A stretch of 37,744 nt of DNA from Paraglomus brasilianum (taxonomy: Eukaryota): the NCBI GenBank assembly GCA_910592345.1, contig CAJVPI010000270.1, forward strand, positions 1-37,744, written 5' to 3'. Below are positions 1 to 12,037 of the stretch, in pieces. A model generated the notes under the pieces. That model was not told the DNA's origin and did not search any database. It was given only the letters and a program-made list of their open reading frames with translations. Every line of letters starts with the position of its first letter. The first letter of the stretch is position 1. A program made the translations under genes and the position numbers.

Positions 1-509
1 TTGCTACTCCATCCATCGGATAATTGCTGATGTCCACAGATACACCACACGGGACTACATCGGAGTATTCCACATGCAGAGCAGAATCCATATCGGGAAT
101 AACAGTGGTAAAAGAGTTCATTCGCAACTATGTAATAGTTATTATTATACTTAGTAAAACCCTTTATTAGTTTGTTGCGCTCCGTAAGCCATACAGAATG
201 TCTTCTGAACTGATTAACATCATTGTTGTACTTGTGTGTTGGAAGTGAGTATATTCTAGCAAACTCACTCACAAGTGTTGGTGTACATATCTCATCATTT
301 CCAAGGACTACCAGCATTACCATCGTTTCCGTCACTTTACTACATGACATATGTTTGAGAATAGCGTAATGAACATTGTCAATCTTAGTTGATTTTATGT
401 TGGTGATTTCCTCGTAAGGAATCCATTCAAGTCTTAAGTGTAAACGTTCACTTTCTAAGGACGATTGAATCAAGCTTTCAATTGCTGGATTATTAACAAC
501 CTCTGACAT
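1..509 (-). CDS. 5' part of a TKL kinase-family gene (N-terminal region; runs off the left edge)
   Basis: Absent from the ORF track. ATG at 509, open for 169 codons to the edge: MSEVVNNPAIESLIQSSLESERLHLRLEWIPYEEITNIK...GFCSACGILRCSPVWCICGHQQLSDGWSS. LEWIPY and a Cys cluster followed by WxS are typical leaders of Glomeromycotina kinase-like proteins. No catalytic motifs lie inside the window. Confidence 0.7.
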   Translation of the reverse strand, partial: MSEVVNNPAIESLIQSSLESERLHLRLEWIPYEEITNIKSTKIDNVHYAILKHMSCSKVTETMVMLVVLGNDEICTPTLVSEFARIYSLPTHKYNNDVNQFRRHSVWLTERNKLIKGFTKYNNNYYIVANELFYHCYSRYGFCSACGILRCSPVWCICGHQQLSDGWSS

Positions 510-2787
510 AGTAATAATTTGAAAAAAATTTTCAGGCATCTCGGACAACACTTCACTTATTGTGTGTTACGGCGGCGAGCTGATCTGATAAGCCACGTGA
601 TAAAATCTAGTGAGATGCTCGGAAATTCTGCGACAGACAGTACAAACGAACGCTAAATTAATTTATTGTCCTTATTAGAAATAGTAGCGGTTTACTTTTT
701 CTGCGACGCTAAAAGATATATAAGTAGTTCATTCTCCATCGCCAAAGTTCATGTTATGCGAATAAATCAATAATATTACTGATCTTAGTTTAAAGATCTT
801 AGTAGTATTCTCCCGGAATCCTTATTATCAATATACATATATTATTATTTTATCGTCGAACGAAATAGTTGGTTATTAGACCGGACACTCCAATAAACGC
901 TCATTAAGCTGTAACGAAAAAATAGCATTGATTAGTAATAGTTCAAACTATAGGCTTAATTCAGTCTAATTGTACAACAATCGTAGTAAGGGAGCTAAGC
1001 CCCGGTTCTTACGCGAAAGATAATTTGTTCTCCCACAACTCCATTTATTTCCCGTAACACAATAATATAATATTAGAGTATGCTTCTGTTTGTTGACAGC
1101 CACTCTACTTATACCCAAAATCATAAATGTTATGTACATAATTATTCTCCAAATTATAAACTTGGTCCAGCATCATTATTTCACATTAATTCGACAATGC
1201 CTAGTCGATAGCTATTGTTTAGGAAAGGAAGAACATTGTACAGACGCATACCAATTTTCTCAACTAAATGTATGGATTCCAAGTCTTTACAGTCGCAACG
1301 TGTTTGTTAGCGTAGTGGAATGTTGTAAATTAGTGACGTCTAACAATTTCTTTACAATATCTGCAAGTTTTTGTTGAAATTAACCACTTTCCCGAAACTC
1401 TTGTTCTGGTTGTTATTAACCTTCTCGAATTTCATAACGCCGTACTAACTTTTAATAACTTTATGGCAGCTTCATGGAGGAATACACGTGCGTGCCATGT
1501 GTTGCACCGTTAGACTTAATAAACGTGCCCTCACTGTGCAATATGTAATTATAAGTCAACGAATGTGCAATGCAATTATATTCTTGAAAAAAAGCAGATA
1601 ATATCAAAAACATAAAAAATTATTTCAGACAATAAGGATAGCAATTAGTTTTTAATAGAACTAATTACAAGAATTTATTGATATCAAAAATATACACTTG
1701 TGAGCCTTTGATATAAGCTATTCAACTATATCATAAACAAATCGAACATTATCTGCACAAACTATGTTTCCTCATTAGTGAAACCATTTTATAAAGAATG
1801 CAATTTAAATTGACCCCATAATTAATACCTCAAACTTTTCCAAGTAATCTATTTTTCCCTACTTGCGGTTATCTAACTTCTTAAACGCACTTTAATTCAA
1901 ATCAATATTGTCTTTGCCGTATCCCGCGCATCTGTTTCTGCAATAATAACGTATACGTGACAAACCTTAACCTATGTATTACATAAGATTATCTATGGTA
2001 ATGTTTTTGTTCACAATTTTTTGGCAACTTCTTGGGCAGCAGCAGCTCGAGGACCCTCTCCATGTTTGTTGTCTTTAGTAACAATGATAGTACATGGGTA
2101 TTATCCCATACATTACCGTTATGGCCTCATGCAAAAAGTTTCTATAATTTTGTTAGTCATTAGTTGCTATACTTGCATGCCACAAACCACAAAATGGTTG
2201 TTATATTGAATATTTTTCTATTTTGCATCTCACACAAATTGAGCGCACGGTTTCATTGTCAGTCTTGTCTTCGTTACTGTCATTACACCAACATAGAAAA
2301 TTCCCGTTTCCCGACACCATAAACGTAACTCTATCGGTTTTGGACTTGGTCGATCGCCGACTTTTGCACCTTTTGCGCCAAAAATAGTCGCAGCAAAGTT
2401 TTTCTCGCGGCCTGCCTCTCCGATTGCATAAATACATTGTAAATGATATAGTCTCGATTAGTATATGTTCAAATAAAGCGTGTATTAGTCCCGCTCTTCC
2501 CACTTTTGAAATATATCTATAATTATGCTAATTTTACTATATAGTTGTCAGTAAGTGGTAAACAAAAATACTAAACCTGCAAACGCATGGTCAAAACTTC
2601 AGTAACCGCTTACACGTGATTAACTCGTTCATTTGGTTGGGAATATAATGATCGACACCAAGTTCGTATAATCTAAAAAAAAAAATAGAATATTTAAGTA
2701 ATAATACATGGAACATTATAATACACGTTGATAAATTAGAAACGAGTTTTATTGTTTGGCTTACAAAAGCTAAATTTTGTTAATTGT

Positions 2788-4088
2788 GTTGTATGTCAAT
2801 TTAGAATTGGCATAGTTTGGAATAATATGTAGATTAATAAAAGATATTTATTAAGCAATGTCAATTATGTATGTATATTAACGTTGTTATAAAAACGGTT
2901 GTTAAAGGTTATATTGTACTAATTATTATAACAAATAATAATAAGTAATCGTGTTCTTACTAACGAGTTTATTAATATGTATTGTAAGAGCCGCTTAAAG
3001 TATTGACTCTATGATTATCGAACTCGATTTTGTTGTTAAGTGTAGATCTATCATACGACAATTTGCTTGCTATCGACAGTAATTTTAGTAGTTTACGGTT
3101 AGATAGTAAATGTAGTCACTTTTTGTCAATGTGTGTGGACTAATCATAGATATTTTTTGTTTGAAATTATTGGTACAAGTTTTAGCATTACTGTTAGACT
3201 AAAGTAAAGTCTATTTGACGATGATTTGCATTGAAAATTATTGGTACGAGTTTTTAGCATTATGGTTAGACTGTAAATATAGTCTATTTTTGATCTAACC
3301 GCACGATAATTTGCATTGAAAATTATTGATACAAGCTTTAGACTATGAATATGTTGATCTAACTGCATGTTGATTATTGAAATTATTGGTGTAATTTTAG
3401 CATTACAGTTAGACTGTAAATTGATCTAACCGTACGATAATTTGCATTGAACTAATTTTTAGCATCACGGTTAGACTGACTGTAAATATACATGTAGACT
3501 TTTGATCTAATTAGATTGCATACGATATTTGTCTAACTAATATACAATATTGCAATTTGACAGACTAAAACTTTATGACATTTGAACCCGTTATTATAGA
3601 ATAGTTTCAAATACCATAATACATATTTCGATGGTTGAAAGACATTTGCTTCTATACTAATGATGATAAAAACATCAAGCAAGTTATCGTATGAATTGGA
3701 TTGTGATAATAAAAATGTATGCGGCGGGAATAGTGTAAAGAACATTGATGCAATTTAGCAACGAAATAATGATATAACCATATTTCTTACACTTTATACG
3801 ATATAAGAGCTTTATCTAATAATTCACAAGTTACGTATATTACGTACGTATTACTTACATTCTTATGATGTTAATGATCAAACGACAACAGTAAATATGA
3901 TATACACAGGCTGGTTGCTAAATGACATGTCATGCTAAAATAGTATATTAATCATAAGTCGTTTATGAAAATGTCTGTTTTAGTATTTCAACTACAAAAC
4001 TGGTATTACGGTTAACATATGAATAAAATACGTTGCGTTCATAGATTATCCAATTCCAAATTAACATAATTCCAAATTGACATACAAC
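2788..4088. mobile_element. Non-autonomous element bounded by imperfect ~35-bp inverted repeats
   Basis: gttgtatgtcaatttagaatt... (from 2788) is the near reverse complement of ...aattccaaattgacatacaac (to 4088). Internal tandem repeats, no coding capacity and no clear TSD. Confidence 0.5.
3160..3525. repeat. Degenerate tandem array, about 5-6 units of 60-85 bp
   Basis: Recurrent tgaaa(a)ttattggtac-agttttagcatta-gttagactgtaaa-ttgatctaaccg-acgataatttgcat. Confidence 0.8.
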
Positions 4089-5068
4089 TGTTGTCGTAAG
4101 AAATCCAATATTGTCTAGAATTAGAAAAATATAGTTTCAAATAAACGTAAGAAAATGTTTGCTCGATTGATTATTTTGTGGACAAACTAACTCTTAGATT
4201 AAACTTTATAAATACACGCGGAATGAGTTGGGATAAAGGGTAGCCATGGTTATCAATTAACCAAAACCTAATTTCTCATTATCAAAACGGTTATTAAATT
4301 AGTTAGAATAAAGATGCTGTTATCTACGTACATGCGATACGGTTATCGTATATTCGGTTAAGAATAGAAATCCTGTCCAACTGCCGTGCACATAAATTAC
4401 TGCTTGTAGCTATATTTTCATTCATCGCAACGAGTATAGTTTTAAATCATAATCTGCATTAACTTCAATACATTTTCATTACACGGTTATGCGCCGCCAA
4501 ACGTACCTTCCGCACCATACAGTATTTATAAGCAAACAAATAACATGCTGTAAAATTTTTGTTGTCATAGATCCTTTTAATAAACTATAATAAAAATTAA
4601 TGGAAATATTGTTTAACTTAAAAGCATAGTACTGTGCAATTATTGAAGAACAAATACACATCGACTAACAACTGGTCATTACAATTTCAATTAAAAGTCT
4701 GGGTCAATGCAATCTCCTACATCTTCTCTATAATGAAATTTTTTCCTATAAAGCTATCTTGAAAACATTACCGGCAACCAAAAAAAGAAAAAAAAGAAAC
4801 AACAACTCGATATACAGTATTGCAAGTTACATTTCCTCGAATACAAAATTAATTTGAATAGGACGATGACTTCAAAAATATAAAATTGAAATTAAGTCAA
4901 GTCATTATTATAGTTTTTTATCGAATTCTTTATTATAATAACATACGTCACCAGACAGCCCGGCTACGTCCTACATGTACAGGTTGTCCATTAGTTACAC
5001 TGCATCCGGCAAACTGTGCCACATTTTATCCGATCACTTCTCTCCTGCTCTTACGTTTACTATTAACG

Positions 5069-6863
5069 ATGTCTCAAACATCTTATAAAGAATGGCTAGA
5101 GACAAGCATTCATGAAGGTTCAATTTATTGCTGTCCAGAAAATGGCATAAAACTAGACCCTTTACCTATTGGTCATGGAGCATTCGGAGTGGTATACAAG
5201 GCAACGATAAAGCAGAAGAACGGCATTGGAAACATCGCCAAGACCATCTTGGGCAGAAGATCTAGCATTTTCTCAGACACTACTGTTGCAGTGAAGATTC
5301 TGTTTCCAGACAAACATGGAGATTGTAAAGAAGATTTGCATCAACAATTTGTTAAAGAGGTTGCTTATTACCATCCGTTATGCTTGCCGCATTTACTTTG
5401 TGTATAGACTAATTTTGAATGAATGCCATATGTTAGCTAAAATACCACACGGAAGCAAACAACCACCCTAACATTGTCCGCTTTTTGGGTCTATACAAAG
5501 GTATTTTAACAAAGGGCAATCTATTTACTACAACGAATAGCTTCTTAGCGCTATCTATTTTCAACTCATACAGACAAACATAAGAGTTATCATATGATGT
5601 TTGAACTGGCTGACGGTGGAAGTTTGCATGAATACTTAACGAAACACTTTAAAAGTTTGACTTGGAAAGACAAATATAAGCTGGGGTTAGAAATTACCAA
5701 TGGACTAAAACATTTACATGACCTTGATATTATTCACAAGGATTTGGTATTTATCGCATATCTCGATTACATCTTTAACTCACATTTGTCTCAAGCTGAC
5801 GCATGCGTTTGCTTTCTAGTCATCCAGTAACATTCTTATCAAATCAGGCGTTGCAAAAATAACTGATTTCGGTTTATCAAGTGTGTTGAAAAAAGCAATG
5901 TCCAAATCACGTGGAGACGGCGCTCCAGCATATAAGGATCCGGTATCTTTGAAGGATAATACATATCAACGTGGAAAGAAATCTGATGTATTTAGCCTTG
6001 GTGTAATACTATGGGAAATATCCAGCGGCAAAGGCCCATGCGGAGAGCTTACTGAACCTATGCAGATTTGTGTGTATAGACTTAAGGGCTCTCGCGATTC
6101 CCCATTTCCTGGAACACCTGAAGAATATATTAGTCTGTATTCAGATTGTTGGAATGAAGATCCCAATAAGCGGCCATTGTGTGCTAATATTTATATGAAG
6201 CTGAAGCATTTATATCAAAGGGATGATCTCAACAAATCGTTGGAGATTGAACCAAATGATGCATGGGCATTGAGTCGAAGGGGATGTGTCTATCTAAATC
6301 TAAAGCAATACGACAATTCACTAATCGATCTCAACAAATCGTTAGAGATTGCACCAAATGATGCGTGGGCATTGAAAGAAAGGGGACGTGTCTATTTAAA
6401 TCTAAAACAATACGACAATTCACTAATCGATCTCAACAAATCGTTAGAGATTGACCCAAATGATGCGTGGGCATTGAAAGTAAGAGGAAGTGTCTATAAT
6501 AATCTAGAACAATACGGCAATTCACTAATAGATCTCAACAAATCGTTAGAGATCAAACCAAATGATGCGTGGGCATTGAAAGTAAGGGGAAGTGTCTATA
6601 ATAATCTGGAACAATACGACAATTCACTAATAGATCTCAACAAATCGCTAGAGATTGAACCAAATGATGCGTGGGCATTAAGTCGAAGGGGAGCTGTCTA
6701 TCTAAATCTAAAGCAATACGACAATTCACTAATCGATCTCAACAAATCGTTAAAGATTGCACCAAATGATGCGTGGGCATTGAAAGAAAGGGGATGTGTC
6801 TATTTAAATCTAAAACAATTCACTAATTGCTCTCAACAAGTCGATAGAGATCAAACCAAATGA
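5069..6863 (+). CDS. TKL protein kinase fused to C-terminal TPR repeats (~523 aa, C-terminus truncated by a frameshift)
   Basis: Exons 5069-5359, 5437-5500, 5574-5746 and 5820-6863 with GT-AG introns keep frame. Motifs GHGAFGVV, VAVK, HPNIV, HKDLSSSN, DFG, YKDP, SDVFSLG, CW..DPNKRP, then 34-aa TPRs. An 8-nt deletion near 6819 shifts the frame to the stop at 6863. Confidence 0.92.
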
Positions 6864-6907
6864 TGCGTGGGCATTGAAAGAAAGGGACGTGTCTATTTAA
6901 ATCTAAA
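6225..6907 (+). repeat. Tandem 102-bp TPR-coding repeats (~6.7 near-identical units)
   Basis: gatctcaacaaatcg recurs at 6225, 6327, 6429, 6531, 6633 and 6735, then a shortened unit. Unit = AWALxxRGxVYxNLxQYDNSLIDLNKSLEIxPND. Confidence 0.97.
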
Positions 6908-6984
6908 GGGATCCGGTTCATTTCACCGACATAAATTTCAATTTCATCGAAAACCAATGCGATAAACAATGTGTCACGTGAATG
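6908..6984. mobile_element. Truncated MITE (same subtype as 15541-15705)
   Basis: gggatccggttcatttcaccgacataaattt...aaaaccaatg...gcgataaacaatgtgtcacgtgaa matches the left part of the 15541 copy and begins exactly where the TPR array breaks. Confidence 0.8.
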
Positions 6985-7048
6985 GCTATCCTGTCAGTGA
7001 AGCAAAAGTTTCGTTTTTGATATATCAGGAGTTCCGCTTTTGATGATA

Positions 7049-7937
7049 GATCGGCATGTACCCAGATTTAGGTTCTGTTTTTTACATATCCGCGTTTTTA
7101 TTAATGCCCTGAGGTTTATCCGTTGCGTTATTATTAGCTAATTATGACTATATTCAATCGATCCATGATGTCAGACATATCCCCGGTCCTCTTTCTTTTG
7201 CAAACCATTCCAAGTATGTTAGAAATGGGAGGCATTTATTTCATTGACAATCATTTCGCCGACAAATATTTCCAACATTATTTCGAAGTTATCCTTTTTT
7301 GGTAGTTAATTGTCGGTGAAATGTACTGTCGGTGAAATGATTGTCAATGAAATAATACGGACCCGTTAGAAATACAGTAGTATTCGATTAACTGCATTGC
7401 ATCATTGAAATGTAACCCAGTATATTTAATAATGATTTATTCATTAACTAGCAACATGAGCGATGCTAATTATAATATATAATAAAGGTATCGAAATCTA
7501 TCAATTATTATATTAATATGGACAAAATCGCTAAATATTGACGAGATTATTTTTCGAAGAGCCGAGTCATTAATACTTTTCTGCAAGCTTCTTCAATCTT
7601 CTCTGCAGAATATGACAGTTTCTGCCAGATATGTGGATTTTAATCAATATTGAAGTCTCGATGAAGCGAAGTTCAATCGAACGAAAGTCTTCAGAGGAGA
7701 GGGACGCGTACGAAAACTATCACTATGTTGTATTATATAATCACTAATTCGTAATACGAGACACGATAAAGTCAATTTTACCGTCTTGTATGATGTCAAA
7801 ATAATATTGTACGAAATTAAACAAATTAGGCAAAAAGATAGTTTATTCGAACAGATGACTATCAAAAAATGCTGGGTATCAGTGAAAACGTGACTTTACT
7901 GCGGATATACCAAAAACGGGTGGGGTACTTGCCGATC
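7049..7937. mobile_element. Decayed TIR element inside the TPR array
   Basis: gatcggcatgtaccc (7049-7063) vs gggtacttgccgatc (7923-7937): 14/15 inverted match. A minus-strand remnant SYSAEKIEEACRKVL resembles a pipsqueak-type HTH start. Contains a nested MITE. Confidence 0.55.
7227..7364. mobile_element. MITE (138 bp) with 9-bp TSD
   Basis: gggaggc...ggaccc with internal inverted tcatttc-ccgacaa/tgtcggtgaaatg units, flanked by direct gttagaaat (7218-7226, 7365-7373). Confidence 0.92.
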
Positions 7938-7940
7938 CAT

Positions 7941-8535
7941 CAATACGAGAATTCATTAATTGATCTCAATAAATTGTTAGAGATTAAACCAAATGATGCG
8001 TGGGCATTGAGTCGGTCTATCTAAGTTTAAAACAATACAACAATTAACTAATAGATCTCAGCAAATCGTTAGAGATTGAACCAAATGATACATAAGTGAG
8101 GACTTGTGCACAATGTTTGAACAGCATTATAAGTTGAACGAGATGACGTATTGCACCGTTTGTAAAAGGGTATTTTATAAGTGAACTTAAACAGTAAGAG
8201 TGTACATTAAGCGAATAACAACGTTAAAGGGAGACATATTAATTACATGTTACAACAGTATTCGTGCATTAATTATCTAAATAAACACTGAAGATTGATC
8301 AAGTCGACGCATTGACTATAGGGAACGTTTATCTTGATTTAGAAGAATACGACAATTCATTAAACGATCTCAACAAGTCATTAGCGATAAAGCCAAATAA
8401 TGCACGTAATGTCTATTTCAATCTCAGAGAATATCGTAATGCATTGACCGCTCTCAAGAGTCATTGAAGATTGGACCAAATGATGCGTATGCATTAAGAA
8501 TAAGAGATCGAGTTTATGAGACGCTCAAAACATGA
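7941..8535 (+). pseudogene. Decayed distal TPR repeats of the kinase-TPR gene
   Basis: Resumes at QYENSLIDLNKLLEIKPNDAWALS, the register lost at 6907. Further units (EEYDNSLNDLNKSLAIKPNN, IGPNDAYALRIRDRVYE) carry deletions and stops. Confidence 0.88.
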
Positions 8536-11500
8536 TACAAGAGTCGATACGGATATTTAAGATACTACGCTGCTTTAATATATATAAATAACTGAATTTT
8601 ACATGTTCTAAGTCAAAATATAAGTTGTGCATTTGCTTTGTCTTATGCTTTACTGCGTGAATGCAACATGTGCTGTTATCATGTGATGTCGGACTGTTGG
8701 TGTTTTAGAGAGATACGCTTATTATTATAGAAATAACAGTAAATGAAAACATTACTCTTTTTCCCTACATGAGCCCAATGGGCTACTGGACTATACCGAA
8801 GGTAGTCTAGACAGAGTACTTTGGTCCCAGTTTCCTAATAAGAAATTGCTAGTCATTTAAAATTGTCCAATCAGTGAATATACAAGCATATCTTCGATCA
8901 CGCTTGAAATAGCCCAACTTCTCATTACTAATGATGTGGTACCTATTTTAAAAAATCGCTGTCATGACTCCTGTGCTAATTTTCGCTTCACGTATAATAG
9001 ACAATTGAACGTTAATGCATGCGCTATGCATTATGGCTTAGCAATTATTGTGCTAAATGGCTAATTTGGACGGAAACAGTTATGCGCTATAAACCGTTCT
9101 ATTGTTTATAGCATCCGAAAAAAGATTTGCCCTCTCTTTGTAATAATCATCAGCCAGCTCACACATCTTATCGTGAACAATCGAACACGTTTGCACACAC
9201 AAATCACATAACTCGCAAGCGAAAACAAAGAAGAAAATGAAATCCTCATATTCTTGATTGCCAGTTTGGCCGCTGGAGCCTATGCTCAAACACCATGTGA
9301 TCTTGGTAAGTAGCATAAAATTGTAAGACTTGTTCATGATGAAAAGGCTTTTTTTGTATTAATACCATTCTTAGTTCTCAAGGCAAATCTACCCCCACAG
9401 TCAGTGGTCAATCTGGCTGTTTCGGAATTGATCCAGATCCCATAAGTATAACCAGTACACCCAGCAACGATTTTACAGTGGCGAAAACTGTAAAGGACTT
9501 TCACTGGCTCTGGTGTTACCAAATTAACTTGCCCACCAAAATAAAATAGTGAGAGAATTTTGGGACATTATATTATTAACATGCTTCTAGATAAATCCAG
9601 GTCATACATTAATATCATGTTAGTGGTGTATTATCTGCGTACAATGGAATATATTAACCGCAGACAAATGTACAAAATTCAAAAGTATAAATTTCAATCA
9701 ATTATCGTGTTCTTAATTGTTGGTTCAATCTTTGAAAACTGCATTCAATCTGGCTGCTTCGGAGTTGATTTAATAACGTACAAAAGCTACTTGTGTTGGC
9801 AAATCTGGCACTGGGTATGATTACAAATGTAAAAAAAAAACGTCGTTGCTATTGGCACCAAGTTTGTTACATTTGTACAATTCAAATTACTCAAATTATC
9901 TGTTCCTAAATAGTTCGAATGATATTATTCTTGGAATTTACCCGCATTGGCGTAGTTTACTTGTTACACATGCGAACAAAAATTTAGTGGTCATGCTAGC
10001 AGCAATAGTTTACATTTTTGATTAATGTCAAAGATAATTGCTTACATTATTGTATTTTTTATACAATATGCTTAATAAAGTAATGCTGTACTTTCCATAC
10101 CATAAATGCTATGGACATTTAGAGTTTTATTACACAACATTCTGCTCACTATCTGCGCATTCTGTAAGACTTAAACTCGAGATGTACAAATCGTTTCAAT
10201 TTTCATACGACACATTCATGTTTGTTGTCCTTTATCTACATGCTGTATAAGTAACCCGCTTACGCGCGCGTTTTCGATTTTATTTTTGATAACGAGTTGC
10301 ACTTTGCTGCAAAATTAATAGGCTAATACATAATCCAATGCCCGGTGTTTGATGTTGAGAAATCTATTACTTATTCTGATGTCAGAATAATAGCTATTTG
10401 AATAAAATTTCTTTACCGGTTTTTAGACTTTTTGTTCCACAGTTATCTTTGTCACTTTTTTGTAACCGGCATACAAAATGGATGGTCAAAGATAAATTAG
10501 GTTTATTGTTTTTAGTTGATATAATATGCTACTAACACTCAAATTTTAATTTGTTCAAACTTTCGATAAAAGTGACATTTTTTGACTTGGGACATAATAT
10601 ATTAATAAACACTAAACTAAGAATTTAATAAACTACAGATTTAAATTAACATATTGCAGCGCAATACAGAACAGGTAATTTAGTTTAGAATTATGCTGAC
10701 ATGGCAAAGCTTTCCACGATTGTCATTTAAGAAGTTTATTAATAGACACAAATTGTAGGACAAAAAATATGGCAAAGGGCTAGTCCTGCAATGCACTCTC
10801 AACTTAATGGTTTATATTATCGCAATGACTGCTGAGCAGTTATTATGTAAAAATAATTAAAACGTTTATTCTAATAGAGAATGGTCAAAAGCGTAATCTC
10901 GAAACGTCATATTAGAAAGTAGATGTGTTCTTCAACTTCAAATACCCACACAAAGTGGTTGTAATATAAAATAGTTCCGACGAACGTAAATTAGAATATA
11001 ATTCTAGCAAATATTGTAAACAAGTCTATATTGAAATGTTGAATTGTAAGTAAACATCACGACAGGACCATGGTTCGTTGCAAATCAAACCAAATATTGT
11101 AATTGTGTACTAAAAGTGTAACGTTATTACGGTGGTGCCGCACTCCCCGATGTAGATCCAAATTATGTAACTCGACTTTCGCTCTAGTACAATAACAGAC
11201 AAATCGCTTCACTAAAATATAATTATCAAAGCTGTACGAATCTGTAGATGTTGCGAAGTAAAGCGCACAATTGTATATATGCGAGCAAAAACATAAAGCG
11301 AATGCCTTAAAATCTAACAAAAATGACATTGTAAGCAATATTTTTTAACGTATGCATAGTTCCATTTTTAAAGGTTTATTATTAGAACATCGATTGGACT
11401 CAACTCAACTATTTGTACTGAATTAAATACGTTCTTTTATTTTAACTGACAAAAAAAAGTACTACATCATTTGTAAACATCGACATGTAATTAAATGTCT

Positions 11501-11541
11501 GGTTTATCCGTAATCGAACCGTTGCATAATAGTATGTACAT

Positions 11542-11938
11542 CTATGGACACGCCAATAGAACCGAGTTAGGCGCGATAGGAGTGGCAAACTTTTTATCAC
11601 CGACACCGGTGTCAACAACAGTTCCTTTGCAGCCAAAGTCAGAGAAAAACGTCCACTTAGTGGTAGCTTTGCCAAGCGTAATACTGCTTATTGGATCGGA
11701 ACTGTCAAGACCAAAGCAGCCGGAATTTCCATCGCCAGTTTGGTGTGTAAACTGTCCCTGAAGAACTGGAAAAATAAAAAAAAGAATTATTGTAAAAAGA
11801 AAGCCTTTGCAGATGTCGAAAGCCATTTTTGTGTTTAAACTTACCGATATTGCAAACGGGAGGGGGGGGAGCGGCGTAGCATTCAAAAGCCAAAGCCAAG
11901 CACATAACAACGAATAGGATAACAAATTGAGCCTTCAT
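11542..11938 (-). CDS. Small secreted Cys-containing protein (105 aa), possibly beta/gamma-crystallin-like fold
   Basis: Exons 11938-11845 and 11765-11542 (GTAAGT...TTCCAG intron) give MKAQFVILFVVMCLALAFECYA-APPPPVCNIVLQGQFTHQTGDGNSGCFGLDSSDPISSITLGKATTKWTFFSDFGCKGTVVDTGVGDKKFATPIAPNSVLLACP. Signal peptide and 4 mature Cys. The fold is an inference. Confidence 0.88.
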
Positions 11939-12030
11939 TTTGTTTTTGTCAGTAATTAGATTATGAATGTAGTTGGTTGTTTACGATAATAGGATGTAAA
12001 CTGCTGACAACGAAAGGGAAAAGTAAGTCT

Positions 12031-12037
12031 TTTTATA
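12031..12037 (-). promoter_or_regulatory. Candidate TATA box of the secreted-protein gene
   Basis: TATAAAA on the minus strand ~93 bp upstream of ATG 11938. Weak evidence in AT-rich DNA. Confidence 0.4.

Noticed and set aside
1090..2503. Short ORFs 1090-1377, 2021-2209 and 2201-2503
   Set aside because: Non-ATG starts and no motifs; probably TE debris that I cannot classify.
4886..5068. N-terminal extension of the ORF-track kinase ORF
   Set aside because: It starts at TTG and is not kinase-like; ATG 5069 is the plausible eukaryotic start.
6225..6907. CRISPR-like periodic repeat
   Set aside because: The units are in-frame 34-codon TPRs with no unique spacers and no cas genes.
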